DNA of 64,000 nucleotides from Candidatus Obscuribacteraceae bacterium (GTDB taxonomy: Bacteria > Cyanobacteriota > Vampirovibrionia > Obscuribacterales > Obscuribacteraceae): the NCBI GenBank assembly GCA_044229845.1, contig JBGASG010000007.1:128001-192000 (forward strand), read 5' to 3'. The position numbers and the translations under genes were made by a program. This document shows, piece after piece, positions 40,183 to 50,399 of this stretch; the first letter of the stretch is position 1; each line of letters starts with the position of its first letter. A model generated the notes under the pieces. That model saw only the letters and a program-made list of their open reading frames with translations, had not been told where the DNA came from and did no database searches.

Positions 40183-40250
40183 CGCTAAAGTATAGCGAAA
40201 CGAACAGCAAACCAGTCAAAGTGCCCTGGAAAGCGGTACTCCCCTCCCCT

Positions 40251-42233
40251 TTAATCGGTGGAACGGCGCCGCGGAATTTCTCCGCTCAATTTCGACTGTT
40301 CTACGGTGCCGGTGGGAAGGTTAAATTCGCCTGTGAGCGCGTTGAATTGGCCTACATTGACCACGTGAATGCCGAGGTTGGTCTCCAGGTCGCGGGCGTA
40401 ATTCTGTGCCTGTACGGGGTCGGTGCCGGTGCCGATGAACACGCGTTTGAAGGGATGGGCGCGCTTGAGAGCAATCAGCCCATCGACGAGCGACTCAGGC
40501 AGAACCTTGACTGAAATGACGAGGTCTTTGTCTTTAAAGGACGCCGCCAGTTGCTGCGTTACAACACGCTGCAGAAGTTCTTGCATCAGTCCGCGCCTTG
40601 TTGATTCTTCCTCGGCGTGAAAAATGATGATCTCCTTCGGTCCCATCTCTTCGCGATCTAGAAGTTTGATGATCATGGTGGCCAGATTGCGTGCTTTGGC
40701 TCCGCCGGTGCAGACAACGTAGGTCGGCAGTTCATCCGGCTCCGGCAAGTTGGCGTTAGCATATTTGCCCATACCGATGCGCAGATCCGGCAGCTCAGTC
40801 AGGCGCTCTTCGATAACTCCGAGCCGGTAGAAGCACATCACCAGCAAAATCATCAGAAAGATTTGCAGCCCGAGATTGCGTGCATCAGACGAGGATAGAA
40901 CGATGATTACTTCGGCAAAGGAAAGGGCGGCGATGGAGATGATGGCAGGCATTGGCAGAGCCATGCGACCGAAGTGCCAGACCCACCGCGAACGAAACGG
41001 GGAACGGGCGATCTTGAGAGGCATTCTCACGCGCATCAAGATCACTCCAATGGCAAACGAGATCATGACGGCGAGAAACGCCATGCCGTAGACCTCGCCG
41101 AGAATGTTGACCTGACCCGGCAAAACCAAAATCATCAAGGTTGAAACAACCATGAATGAGAGCACCACATACGGGTAGCCCTGAAACAGCGGCACTCGGT
41201 CAGCCCAACGGCGCAGGAGCATCGAAGGCATGTTGCCCTGCTTGGCCATGGTGGTAACCAGACCAATACAGCCCACGTAGGCTGTGTTGACGGCGGCAAA
41301 CAGAACCAGAGCGGCGTCGACCACCAGAATTATCTGCAGGGGACGTCCGCCCTCGCGGAATGCCAGCCCGGACAGCAAGCTGTCTTTGAATACATCGATC
41401 TGATTCTGGGTGAGCAGCGTCAAGCACAGATAAGAAGTGACTGGTGCAGTGATGCCGACCAGCAATACGATCGAGAGATATACCCTCTGCAGGGTCCGCC
41501 AGGTCGGCGTCTTCAATTGTTCGACGATCTGTGCGGCCGATTCAAAACCGGTTATGCCCAGGAAGGCGGCAGCAAATCCATGCAGCAAGTTGGGAGGCGA
41601 AATGCCCTGATAGCCGGTGAATACTTTCGCGAGGTTGATACCAGGGGTGGTGCCACACAAATACATGCCGTAAAGGTCGATGCCGAGCAAAAGCAGGAAG
41701 TGGAAAGTGGCGATGAAAAACACGATCATCGCCGGCTCTTTGATGCCGATGATGTTGAGAAAGCCGAAGATCACCACTGGCAAGATGGCGACGATGACGA
41801 TGCTGGTTACCGGCCAGTTCATGATGTTGTCGAACGAATCGATGTAATAGGCGCCGGAGAGGGCGCTGACGGCAGCGGTAGCCAGGTAGGAGAGAATGGT
41901 GAGGGCACCGACGATCATGGCCATTCGGCGGCCGACGGTCTGCAGGACCATCATGTACGCCCCGCCGTTAAACGGGCTGGCGGAGCAGCCTTCCTGATAA
42001 GTGGCCTTAAAGAACCACATCAGACCGCAAACGACGGCGATAATCACCGGGGCGAAGTAGGAGACCATGGGCCAGATAACGCCCGTGCTGTAAAACACGG
42101 ATGTACCGATGTCGGCTCCGACGATAGCGGCAGCCAACCACCAGCTCAGCAGTTGATCGCCATGTTGCTTAGGATCGGGCGCTGCCTTGGTTGCGGTCGG
42201 TTGCTGAGAAAGATTCGGTGACGGAGTTTCCAC
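40251..42233 (-). CDS. APC-family permease with a cytoplasmic C-terminal domain (KimA/YdaO-like)
   Basis: GADIGTSVFY, NGGAY, GITGFES; about 12 hydrophobic segments. Confidence 0.88.
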   Translation of the reverse strand: METPSPNLSQQPTATKAAPDPKQHGDQLLSWWLAAAIVGADIGTSVFYSTGVIWPMVSYFAPVIIAVVCGLMWFFKATYQEGCSASPFNGGAYMMVLQTVGRRMAMIVGALTILSYLATAAVSALSGAYYIDSFDNIMNWPVTSIVIVAILPVVIFGFLNIIGIKEPAMIVFFIATFHFLLLLGIDLYGMYLCGTTPGINLAKVFTGYQGISPPNLLHGFAAAFLGITGFESAAQIVEQLKTPTWRTLQRVYLSIVLLVGITAPVTSYLCLTLLTQNQIDVFKDSLLSGLAFREGGRPLQIILVVDAALVLFAAVNTAYVGCIGLVTTMAKQGNMPSMLLRRWADRVPLFQGYPYVVLSFMVVSTLMILVLPGQVNILGEVYGMAFLAVMISFAIGVILMRVRMPLKIARSPFRSRWVWHFGRMALPMPAIISIAALSFAEVIIVLSSSDARNLGLQIFLMILLVMCFYRLGVIEERLTELPDLRIGMGKYANANLPEPDELPTYVVCTGGAKARNLATMIIKLLDREEMGPKEIIIFHAEEESTRRGLMQELLQRVVTQQLAASFKDKDLVISVKVLPESLVDGLIALKRAHPFKRVFIGTGTDPVQAQNYARDLETNLGIHVVNVGQFNALTGEFNLPTGTVEQSKLSGEIPRRRSTD

Positions 42234-42443
42234 GCGTTTTTAACGCCATTTTGATTATTATTGCTGGCGATTATATACCTTTTTAAGGTTCTTTCATGCT
42301 AGCAGCGACGCGCCCCGTAACAGGCGTTAGCAAAATGCCCGTTACAATTTCGGGGTGGACCAGGGTTGCCCCGTGAGCTGAGAGCATGCTGGTTGCTGGG
42401 CACCAGAGGTGGTGCTATGCGGCCGGGCTGCTCGATCTATTTT

Positions 42444-43436
42444 TCAAAGTGATAAAAGGTCTTCAACATAGTATGGATCAGATGGTGCATTTTGCAGTTC
42501 CTTGACCATCTCTAAATCATTGGCTTGCATATCTTGGTTGCTCAGGCTCGCATAGATACCGGCTCTCAGCGTGTAAAGTTCTGGAGAATAAGGGTTAATC
42601 TTGATAGCGGTCGATGCTTGATTGACAGCCTCCAACAAGCGACCGGTCTTGGAATAGGACAGTGCCAAGGCCGCGTGAGGAGTAGCGAAGTTTGGATTTT
42701 GCCGAACAACTTGCTCCATGTCCAGAGAGGCTTGCTTGTACCGCCCCAGGTGCAGCAGTAATTTTCCTCTGCCATAACGCAACTTGCCGGCTTCTGGATT
42801 TCGTAAAAGTGCTTTGTTCAAGAGCGCGAGTGCTTGAGTATAACTGCCTTTGTTCGAAAGGTCTTGAGCAATTGCGTAATCGCTGTCCCCGCTGTTCCAA
42901 GTCTTCAGATGTGTCGGCTGAGGAATGTACGCGATGGCTGTATTTGAACTGTCGCCCCATGGCTCGAAATGATCCGGGTCGGTCACCACCGGCCTTTGCA
43001 AACCCGACAACTGAAGCACAGTGTCATCCAATTTATCGAAGGAAGCAGCGCGCTCTTTCTTAATCGGCAGGTAGAAGGGCGCGGCAGTTTCAGCTCGGTC
43101 GAAGTAGAGGATTGCCGCTCGATGGCAGCCGAAGCTTGCTAGATGTCTTGCAACCCTCAAGTCCTTGTAGCATTGAATGGTTTGCATCAATTGATTCGTG
43201 CCGCAGGCTTGATCGTTGTGAGCGAAAATGTCTTCTAAGACGGCACGCTCAGATTCGTCGAATTCGGCGAACCTCCCCTGGGATACGAACGAGTCCAGGT
43301 TGAGCGGTAGCAATTTCTTGGCGCGCAGACTTGCAGCTGGTTGAGAGGATCCAGAATTCGCCAGCTGTGATTGAGCAGCGGAAGGTGAGGCCGCGCCAGC
43401 TAACAAAATGCAGATTGCTGCTACTGTGATGCGCAT
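42444..43436 (-). CDS. Exported TPR protein
   Basis: Signal peptide; TPRs such as GSYTQALALLNKALLRNP and RYGRGKLLLHLGRY. Confidence 0.8.
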   Translation of the reverse strand: MRITVAAICILLAGAASPSAAQSQLANSGSSQPAASLRAKKLLPLNLDSFVSQGRFAEFDESERAVLEDIFAHNDQACGTNQLMQTIQCYKDLRVARHLASFGCHRAAILYFDRAETAAPFYLPIKKERAASFDKLDDTVLQLSGLQRPVVTDPDHFEPWGDSSNTAIAYIPQPTHLKTWNSGDSDYAIAQDLSNKGSYTQALALLNKALLRNPEAGKLRYGRGKLLLHLGRYKQASLDMEQVVRQNPNFATPHAALALSYSKTGRLLEAVNQASTAIKINPYSPELYTLRAGIYASLSNQDMQANDLEMVKELQNAPSDPYYVEDLLSL

Positions 43437-43585
43437 AAGCTAATTCAATCACAAGACACTAGATGTAAGGGATGTGGCAGATCTCCGCTGAAAGCGATGT
43501 CAAACTAGTAGACCGGTCTACGAGTTGGAAGCAGAAAAAGTAGAGGTGTCTTAGTCTTGCTGAACGCCGCGAGATTACTAATGAA

Positions 43586-45562
43586 TTACTGTTCCTGGTG
43601 TTTCAGAAATTCGTACTTTGCCGGCAATGTGGCATCCTTGAAAACGGCGCCCTTGGCGCGAATTCCTTCCAAGTTTGCTCCCGTGAGGTCAGCACCGGCT
43701 AAGTTTGCCCCTTCTAGATCGGCACCACTTAGGTCGGCGCCCGCAAGATCCGCGCCAGAAAAGTCACAGCCGCCTAGGGACGCATGTGAAAGCTGTGCGT
43801 TTCGGAGGGTGGAATCTGTGAAAATGGCTTGGGAAAGCTGGCAACGGCTGAAGTTGGCATTGCCCATTTGGGCACCGGTGAAGTTTGCTTTGTTCAGAGT
43901 TGCATCGGAGAAATCTGCGTGACCTAAATTTGTCCCGGACAGATTGGACCCGCTCAGGTTAGAGTCAGCAAACGAAGTCCCGGGAAACGCGCACGATTTC
44001 AAATCGACATCTGGAAGAACAACTCCTCGCAAATCACAATCGATGAAACTGCAGCGAAGAAGCCGCTGCGGTTGGTCGAAACGGGTCTTCTGAAACTTTG
44101 ACGATCGAAACTCGCAATCAGCGATCGCAATGTTTGAGAGCGTGGCATCATTGAAATTTGCGTCAGTAAATCTGCTGTCATGAAAGTCTGCCCCGGTTAG
44201 GTCGGCCCCCAAAAACGAAATGGCAGTGGCAGAGACCGACTTCAGTGACATTGATTGGCAGTTGGCACCTTGAAAGTCTGCGCGCATGAGATTGCAGTGA
44301 ACGCCGAAAGAAGCACCCGAAAGATTGCAGTTCTTGAAGGAGGCTTCGGAGAGTCCAGCGTTTGTGAGGTTTAGGCGTGAAAGATCCGAACCACTCACAT
44401 CCAGTTTTGGGAGCTGCATCTTGCCAGCTGCCTCTTTCACTAATTCGGACTGGGTGAGCGGCTTTTCCGACCAGTACAGAATCTGTCCTGACGTTGACTT
44501 GAGTGATGACCGCGAAGATAGCTGATCGACGAGCGGTACCGCATGCGGTGCGAACGGGGAGAAGACCTTGCCCCGATTGGCCAGTATTCCGATTGCCAGT
44601 ATGCTGCTTAATGCCAGGATCGACAGCACCCAGACTCTGCGTTCCCGCTTGCCTGAATTGCGTGGACGGGCGCCAGACTTGCACAATTCAAGATCTGTAA
44701 GGACTTCCGCGACGGTGGCGTAACGATTCTTCTTTTCTTTTGACAAACAACGCTGCACGATGACTGATAGGGACTCGGAAGTTCCGCTGGACTTGAGCCT
44801 TGTTGACAGATCGGACCTTGATGCATGAATGTGTTGCATCAAGGTTTGCATGGGATTCTCGCCCACGAACGGGCATCCTCCCGTTAGTGATTCGAACATG
44901 AGGCAACCGAGTGAGTAGATGTCCGTCTGCTCATCTACTGGCAGTCCAAGCGCCTGCTCGGGGCTCATGTAGCTGGGCGATCCGATTATCTCCGCAGTTT
45001 GCGTCAATTTTGATGAGCTATCCTGGCATTCGCCGATTGCTTTGGCTAGACCGAAATCAGCTATCTTGGCGCACTGCAAGCCTTCTTTTTCCGTGATTAA
45101 CACGTTGCTGGGCTTGATGTCTCGATGAACGATTTTGGCTTGGTGAGCCGCGCGCAGCCCTCGCGCGACATCGATGAAAATAGGAAGGCACTGATCTTCT
45201 TTCAGCGCACCATTCTTCTCAATCATTTGCGACAACGATTGACCATCGACGAGCTCCATCGCTACGAAAGCTTTTTCGTTGGTCGTGGTCCCATAATCGA
45301 AGATTTGCACTATGTTTTCGTGCGACAGTCCGGAAGCCAGTTGGGCTTCCAGCTGGAACCGACTGGAGTTAGAAGGTTTGGCAGAAACGCCAAGATGTAG
45401 CAGTTTGAGCGCGACAGTTTTGTTCAGACCAAGGTGTTTAGCCCGGTAGACCGCAGCCATCCCTCCTTCGCCCACCAAATCAATAAGTTCGTAGCGGTCA
45501 CCGACGATGTCGGAAACCTGACGCAAATTGACGGCAGCCTGGTCTTCCTTCGATTTCGACAC
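43586..45562 (-). CDS. Hanks-type Ser/Thr kinase with TM helix and C-terminal pentapeptide repeats
   Basis: GEGGMAAVY, VALK, HRDIKPSN, DFG, YMSPEQ; TM; many ADLSG/ANLAG repeats. Confidence 0.95.
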   Translation of the reverse strand: MSKSKEDQAAVNLRQVSDIVGDRYELIDLVGEGGMAAVYRAKHLGLNKTVALKLLHLGVSAKPSNSSRFQLEAQLASGLSHENIVQIFDYGTTTNEKAFVAMELVDGQSLSQMIEKNGALKEDQCLPIFIDVARGLRAAHQAKIVHRDIKPSNVLITEKEGLQCAKIADFGLAKAIGECQDSSSKLTQTAEIIGSPSYMSPEQALGLPVDEQTDIYSLGCLMFESLTGGCPFVGENPMQTLMQHIHASRSDLSTRLKSSGTSESLSVIVQRCLSKEKKNRYATVAEVLTDLELCKSGARPRNSGKRERRVWVLSILALSSILAIGILANRGKVFSPFAPHAVPLVDQLSSRSSLKSTSGQILYWSEKPLTQSELVKEAAGKMQLPKLDVSGSDLSRLNLTNAGLSEASFKNCNLSGASFGVHCNLMRADFQGANCQSMSLKSVSATAISFLGADLTGADFHDSRFTDANFNDATLSNIAIADCEFRSSKFQKTRFDQPQRLLRCSFIDCDLRGVVLPDVDLKSCAFPGTSFADSNLSGSNLSGTNLGHADFSDATLNKANFTGAQMGNANFSRCQLSQAIFTDSTLRNAQLSHASLGGCDFSGADLAGADLSGADLEGANLAGADLTGANLEGIRAKGAVFKDATLPAKYEFLKHQEQ

Positions 45563-45653
45563 CGGGATCGCCCTGCGTGACTACTTGCTGAACTACGTAT
45601 GATATACCCAAATGGGCACCTCTGGCAGACTCACGGGTGTATGTCAGACTCCA

Positions 45654-45993
45654 TCACCGCTCGGCTCTCGATAGCTCCTTCTCTACCTCAGACTCGAGTT
45701 CGGCAGGTTCGACGAAAGAACCAACTTATTTCTTCGGCAAAACTCAGATATCTCGGCATTAGAACCGGGCTCCTTGCCACCGAATTGATTACAGGGGAAG
45801 CCCAGCACCAGAAGTCCTCTGGAGGCGAATTTGTTCCGTCGAGCGATTTAGCGCTCAAATCGTACAGAGAGCTCTCCGAGCGGGACTGCTGTGGACCCAA
45901 AGCCCTGGTTGCGTCGTGTGCCCCGCAAACAACACAAAGAGTAAGCCAGACCATAATTCTTACGACCTTAGCATTCACAACACTTTTCCGCAT
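45654..45993 (-). pseudogene. Glutathione peroxidase remnant in three pieces
   Basis: [12 protein letters not shown]; then, in another frame (45820-45728), [31 protein letters not shown]; then a C-terminal helix [13 protein letters not shown] ending at TGA 45654. Confidence 0.85.
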
Positions 45994-46125
45994 TCAAGCG
46001 GGGCTCTGAAGCTATCTTGCATTGACGAGGTGAATCTCGTATGAACGAAGCCGCTTCTCAACGCGCTGCACCTGCCACCGGCAGTGGTGGCATCATGACG
46101 AAGCGTTGAGTTTCGCTAACCCGCG

Positions 46126-46543
46126 CTAACCCTTGAGACGCCTATCAAGCCTAAGGCAATCTTCTGCTGCGGTGCGAATCTGTTTCTCGACGCTCGGATC
46201 TCGATGATCGGCTTCCAAATAGTTGCTGACAGTGCCCAGTGCAATCGTCGTCTGCATTACGTTCTGAAGCATTTCTTCGTGTTGACTGGGCATCAACCTG
46301 ACCATAAGGATTGGTGTCGCATGGCTATTGATGTCCAGCCGGATCAGCCTGATTAATTCCATGGCGCGGGAATCATCGAACAAAATGCCAATCACGAATA
46401 AATCGATAGGTTCTGAGTCTGCAAGCAGCACTTGCTCTGCGTGCTCGATATTTTTCACCTACCAGCTCATAGCCGTCCAGTGCCTTCTTCACTACAGGAA
46501 GAGGCTCAGACTTTACTGCTACAAGTATCCTAGCGGCAGTCAT
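46126..46543 (-). pseudogene. Frameshifted receiver-domain-like gene
   Basis: ATG 46543 gives MTAARILVAVKSEPLPVVKKALDGYELV; the continuation VKNIEHAEQVL...IDLFVIGILFDDSRAMELIRLIR...TPILMV is one base out of frame (offset 85 nt). Confidence 0.65.
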
Positions 46544-46562
46544 TAATTGAGTTTGTCTGAAA

Positions 46563-47252
46563 TTAGACTTGCGGCGGCAACTGTGGTTCGCGTGACAGCA
46601 GAGGCGAGCTCAGAGTCGACGGATTCATGTTGATGCTGGCGCTCGCGTTCAAGTTAGCGGAACTCAATCCACCATGCCGTTTGACTTGCGTCAGTACTCG
46701 CTGTCCGTTTTTGACGATATTCTGAGATTCAGTAATGATGCGCGAAATGCCGGCCAGATCTTCATCGAGACGCGTAAGCACTTGGTCTGCGTAGACATCG
46801 GCGCCCTCGCGGGTGCGAGCTGCATCTTCCTCGGCTTCGGCGCGGATGCGCTCTGCTTCGGCCAGTGCTTCGCGGCGCATTTGCTCAACTTCTTGAACTA
46901 CTTGCTTGCGAATTCTTTCGACTTCCGCCTGCACTGCTTTGAGCAGTTCCGACTCGTGCAGCATTGTTTCTGCCTGGCGGCGAGCGGTGGCAATGACTGT
47001 CTCGGCGCGGCGTTGCGATTCAGCAACGATGTCGTCGCGCTGCTGAAGGACATCGGTCGCTTCCCGCAGTTCTTCGGGGAGGCGGGCCCGCGCCTTATCT
47101 AACACTTCTAGAAATTGATCGGCGTTGATCAGTTTGAATTTCCAGACGCCGGCGCCGTCTTCAATAAGATGCTCGAGCAAGTCGAGATGCTTATAGATCG
47201 ACGTTTGTTTGTACGCCGCTGTGTTTGGTGTCATTGCAATTGTTGTGGTCAT
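46563..47252 (-). CDS. Coiled-coil DivIVA/Cdv3-like protein
   Basis: LPEELREA...AE.I..EA...GAD.YAD.VL..L; located directly after coaD, as in cyanobacteria. Confidence 0.75.
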   Translation of the reverse strand: MTTTIAMTPNTAAYKQTSIYKHLDLLEHLIEDGAGVWKFKLINADQFLEVLDKARARLPEELREATDVLQQRDDIVAESQRRAETVIATARRQAETMLHESELLKAVQAEVERIRKQVVQEVEQMRREALAEAERIRAEAEEDAARTREGADVYADQVLTRLDEDLAGISRIITESQNIVKNGQRVLTQVKRHGGLSSANLNASASINMNPSTLSSPLLSREPQLPPQV

Positions 47253-47260
47253 ACTTTTAT

Positions 47261-47746
47261 TCAGCCCCTGCTGAAATGCTCTCTCAGATAAGAATGGACT
47301 GCCTGCGGGACGAATTGGCTTACGTCTCCGCCTAAACGTGCAATCTCCTTCACCGTTGACGAACTAATAAAAGAATACTCGGGTTTTGTCATGAGAAAAA
47401 TAGTTTCTAGTTCAGGATTGAGCTGACGGTTAGTCTGCGCCATTCCTAGCTCCGCCTCATAGTCCGAGATAGCTCTCAGTCCGCGAATGATGACGTTCGA
47501 TTGATTCTGTCTTGCGAAATCCACGAGTAGTCCCTGGAAGTGCCCGACACGAACGTTTTTCAGATCCTCCACTACTTTCGAGATAAGCATTGTTCTAACT
47601 TCGATAGGCAAAAGCGGAGTTTTTCCGGGATTGCCCACCACTGCCATGATGACTTCATCGAAAAGAGCACTGGCCCGATGGATGATGTCCAGGTGACCCA
47701 GTGTCATTGGATCGAACGAGCCAGGATAAACGGCTCTCCTAGTCAT
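47261..47746 (-). CDS. coaD: Phosphopantetheine adenylyltransferase
   Basis: AVYPGSFDPMTLGHLDII, IIRGLRAISDYEAE, ISSSTVKEIA. Confidence 0.98.
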   Translation of the reverse strand: MTRRAVYPGSFDPMTLGHLDIIHRASALFDEVIMAVVGNPGKTPLLPIEVRTMLISKVVEDLKNVRVGHFQGLLVDFARQNQSNVIIRGLRAISDYEAELGMAQTNRQLNPELETIFLMTKPEYSFISSSTVKEIARLGGDVSQFVPQAVHSYLREHFSRG

Positions 47747-48002
47747 TCCAGCTAACTAGTTACCTTTCCCACCAGATAGTGGTTGGGGGCGTGATCTTCT
47801 TGATCTTGTCAACGCGGAAAATCATAGCACAGCGCACGCTTGATAAATCGTTAATCAAATAAAATGGGGCAGTTTCAGGTGTATATGGAATCGATGCGCG
47901 CGGCATTGCAAAACTGTATAGATACCGCATATGGTGCAACCTCGGGCATTCTCGCGGCCGCTTGTTAACTGCGCTTAAGCCTGGCAGATTCCTGATTTCG
48001 GG

Positions 48003-50153
48003 TTATGAAGAAACCGAAACCTCGCCACTGTCACTTACTTGCGGAATATCCACTGTCGGATCGGGATCCGATCCATTTGATGTCGATGCCGATGTCGATG
48101 CCGATGCGTGACCTGACCCGTTCGCGCCATTCTTGGTCGCCACCGGTTCGAGATCTCCCGTGTCGTCCGCGCACTCCGCGGAGTCTTCGCTCTCCGCTTT
48201 TCCGTTTGCGCCATCGCCTGCGGTATCAGACGTATCATCCATCGGGAAGCCGAAGCCGGGGAGCACGACGACAAACGTAGTGCCGTGTCCAAGTTCGGAC
48301 TCGCAGTAGATGCGGCCGTTATGCTTTTCGATGATCCGTTTAACGATCGTCAGTCCCAGTCCGGTGCCTTTGATCGTGTGCACTTTCTTCTCGACACGAT
48401 AGAAGCGATCGAAGATGAATGGAATATCGTCTTCAGGAATGCCGATACCATTGTCTTTGACAGAAACCTTCACTTCGTGCGGCTCTTCCAGATATTCGAC
48501 GCTGACGTCGATTTTGCCGCCGTTAGGTGTGTACTTGATGGCGTTGGTGACCAGATTGATCACCGCGCGCTCGATAGACTCTCGGTTCATTTGCACTTGC
48601 GGCAGCCGATTGTCGCAGTTGAGGGAAAGCGAGATGCCGCGTTCTTTTGCCATCATCTGCACGGCCCGCAGGGTGTATTCGACTGCTGCCGAAATATCCT
48701 GTGGAACAATTTCGAATTCGCGTTCGCTTTCTTCCAGCTTAGAAAGTTCGAGCACTTCGTTGACCAGGCTCATTAATCGATCGGCTTCGCTATCGATAAT
48801 CTCAAGAAACTCTCGATAGATGTCCGGTTCCAGCTTGTCGCCGTGCTTGCACAGTGTGTCGACATAACTCTTGATCGATGTAATCGGCGTGCGCAACTCG
48901 TGACTGACGTTGCTGATGAATTCGCCCTTCATCTTCTCCAGTTCGGCCGATCTGGTGATGTCGTGCATAATCATGACCGAGCCGAGAAACTCTTTATTCA
49001 ACTGAATCGGCGCGATGTGCAGACGAATGACGCGCTCGCCGACTGTGAGTTGTTGCATGACGGGACCAAGCGTGCCGGGTGAGACCGTGTCGGTAAATGC
49101 TTGAATAACCTGGCAGATTTGCGGGCTGTCTGGGCCGTCTGTACAAAAAACCAGCGGCTTGCCGAGCAAATCCTTTTCTTCTTTGTCGAACAACTGCGTG
49201 GCTGCGGCGTTGACGATCTGCACTTTGTTGTCGCGGTCGCAGACGACGACACCGTCCGCGATCGACATCAGCACGAGCTCCAACTTGTTTCTTTCCGAAA
49301 TGAACTTATTGCGCTCGGACATCAAACTGTCGACGTTCTGTTTGTCGTACTGCTGAAGGCGTTTGGACATGTAGTTGAACGCGCTGACGACCTGGTCGAT
49401 TTCGCGCCCGGCGCCCTGGTGTCCGATCTGGTGACCGAATCGTCCCGCGGCAATCTGCGAAGCACCGCCGGAGAGAGCCTTCAGAGGTCGATTAATCAAC
49501 GAATAGTTGACCGCCAGGCAGAGCGCACCCAAAAACCACACCAGTCCGAAAATGGACAAAAGGAACATTTTGGTTTCTTGGGGCGTGCCAAAGATGGTGA
49601 ATGCATAACTGTCCAGACCGACCCAGCACATGCCGAAGCTTTCATTGTTGCGGAACATGGGCACGGCAATATTGACGATTTCGCGCGAGCCCGGCGGGCT
49701 CGGAAATACCCCCGGTGCCTGCGTTCGGGCTGCCGGCTGCGCATACATCTTGTAGATGGGTGCCTTATTAGCCTCGTTTTGGCGAATGAAATTCTGGCTG
49801 TCCAAAAGAACTTTGCCGTTCTGGTCCACGAAAGCGATGTATTCAATCGCCGGAGTCTGCTGCATCTCAGTCAGCACGTAATACTTCATGCCTTCCAGGT
49901 TGTTGTCGTTCGAGAGCGCTTCCGCGCCGCCTCGGGCCAGCGCTTGGGCCAGCGCCATGCCAAATTGATTGACTGCCTGCGTCTTCACTGCCTGCGTGTG
50001 ACTAACTAAAATCCAGGCCGTAAATGTCACCAGTGAAGAAATTGAGACCAGCCCCAGCAAAAGCAGCCGTTTCTGAGTTGAGACTCGCACCCACAGGTAC
50101 TGGGTCAAAACCAGGGCTTTGCGGAACGGTCTAAATAATGGATGTTGCTTCAC
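48003..50153 (-). CDS. nblS: Membrane sensor histidine kinase (TM-HAMP-PAS-HisKA-HATPase), NblS/Hik33-like
   Basis: FISNVSHELRTP, NLVTNAIKY, RFYRVEKKVHTIKGTGLGL; architecture matches Hik33/DspA; orthology not tested. Confidence 0.78.
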   Translation of the reverse strand: MKQHPLFRPFRKALVLTQYLWVRVSTQKRLLLLGLVSISSLVTFTAWILVSHTQAVKTQAVNQFGMALAQALARGGAEALSNDNNLEGMKYYVLTEMQQTPAIEYIAFVDQNGKVLLDSQNFIRQNEANKAPIYKMYAQPAARTQAPGVFPSPPGSREIVNIAVPMFRNNESFGMCWVGLDSYAFTIFGTPQETKMFLLSIFGLVWFLGALCLAVNYSLINRPLKALSGGASQIAAGRFGHQIGHQGAGREIDQVVSAFNYMSKRLQQYDKQNVDSLMSERNKFISERNKLELVLMSIADGVVVCDRDNKVQIVNAAATQLFDKEEKDLLGKPLVFCTDGPDSPQICQVIQAFTDTVSPGTLGPVMQQLTVGERVIRLHIAPIQLNKEFLGSVMIMHDITRSAELEKMKGEFISNVSHELRTPITSIKSYVDTLCKHGDKLEPDIYREFLEIIDSEADRLMSLVNEVLELSKLEESEREFEIVPQDISAAVEYTLRAVQMMAKERGISLSLNCDNRLPQVQMNRESIERAVINLVTNAIKYTPNGGKIDVSVEYLEEPHEVKVSVKDNGIGIPEDDIPFIFDRFYRVEKKVHTIKGTGLGLTIVKRIIEKHNGRIYCESELGHGTTFVVVLPGFGFPMDDTSDTAGDGANGKAESEDSAECADDTGDLEPVATKNGANGSGHASASTSASTSNGSDPDPTVDIPQVSDSGEVSVSS

Positions 50154-50314
50154 GAGCTGACCTTGGCTGGAGAGGTTTAGATCTGAAACTGATCTCTAGA
50201 TCTGATTCCTACAAAGGTAGAGCAAAAACCCCATTTACCTAACGCAATTTTATCCAAATGCTTTACAACCGGATACGTCTTTTAAGCCACCCGCGACCTT
50301 TTGGGGCTTTCTAT

Positions 50315-50342
50315 AGATCTCAACCGATATCGGTTGAGATCT
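50315..50342. repeat. 28-bp perfect palindrome, copy 1
   Basis: AGATCTCAACCGATATCGGTTGAGATCT. Confidence 0.95.
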
Positions 50343-50399
50343 GCGGTTTCATATTAGAGTGATGGAAGGGCTGCCAAGCGAAACGGAAGTCCCCGAAAA

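Noticed and set aside
42234..42443. Possible c-di-AMP (ydaO) riboswitch upstream of the KimA-like permease
   Set aside because: Conserved ydaO motifs not found by eye, and a TATAAT box lies close to the start codon
48079..48106. 12-bp tandem repeat in the histidine kinase tail
   Set aside because: Only about two copies encoding a low-complexity SAST linker
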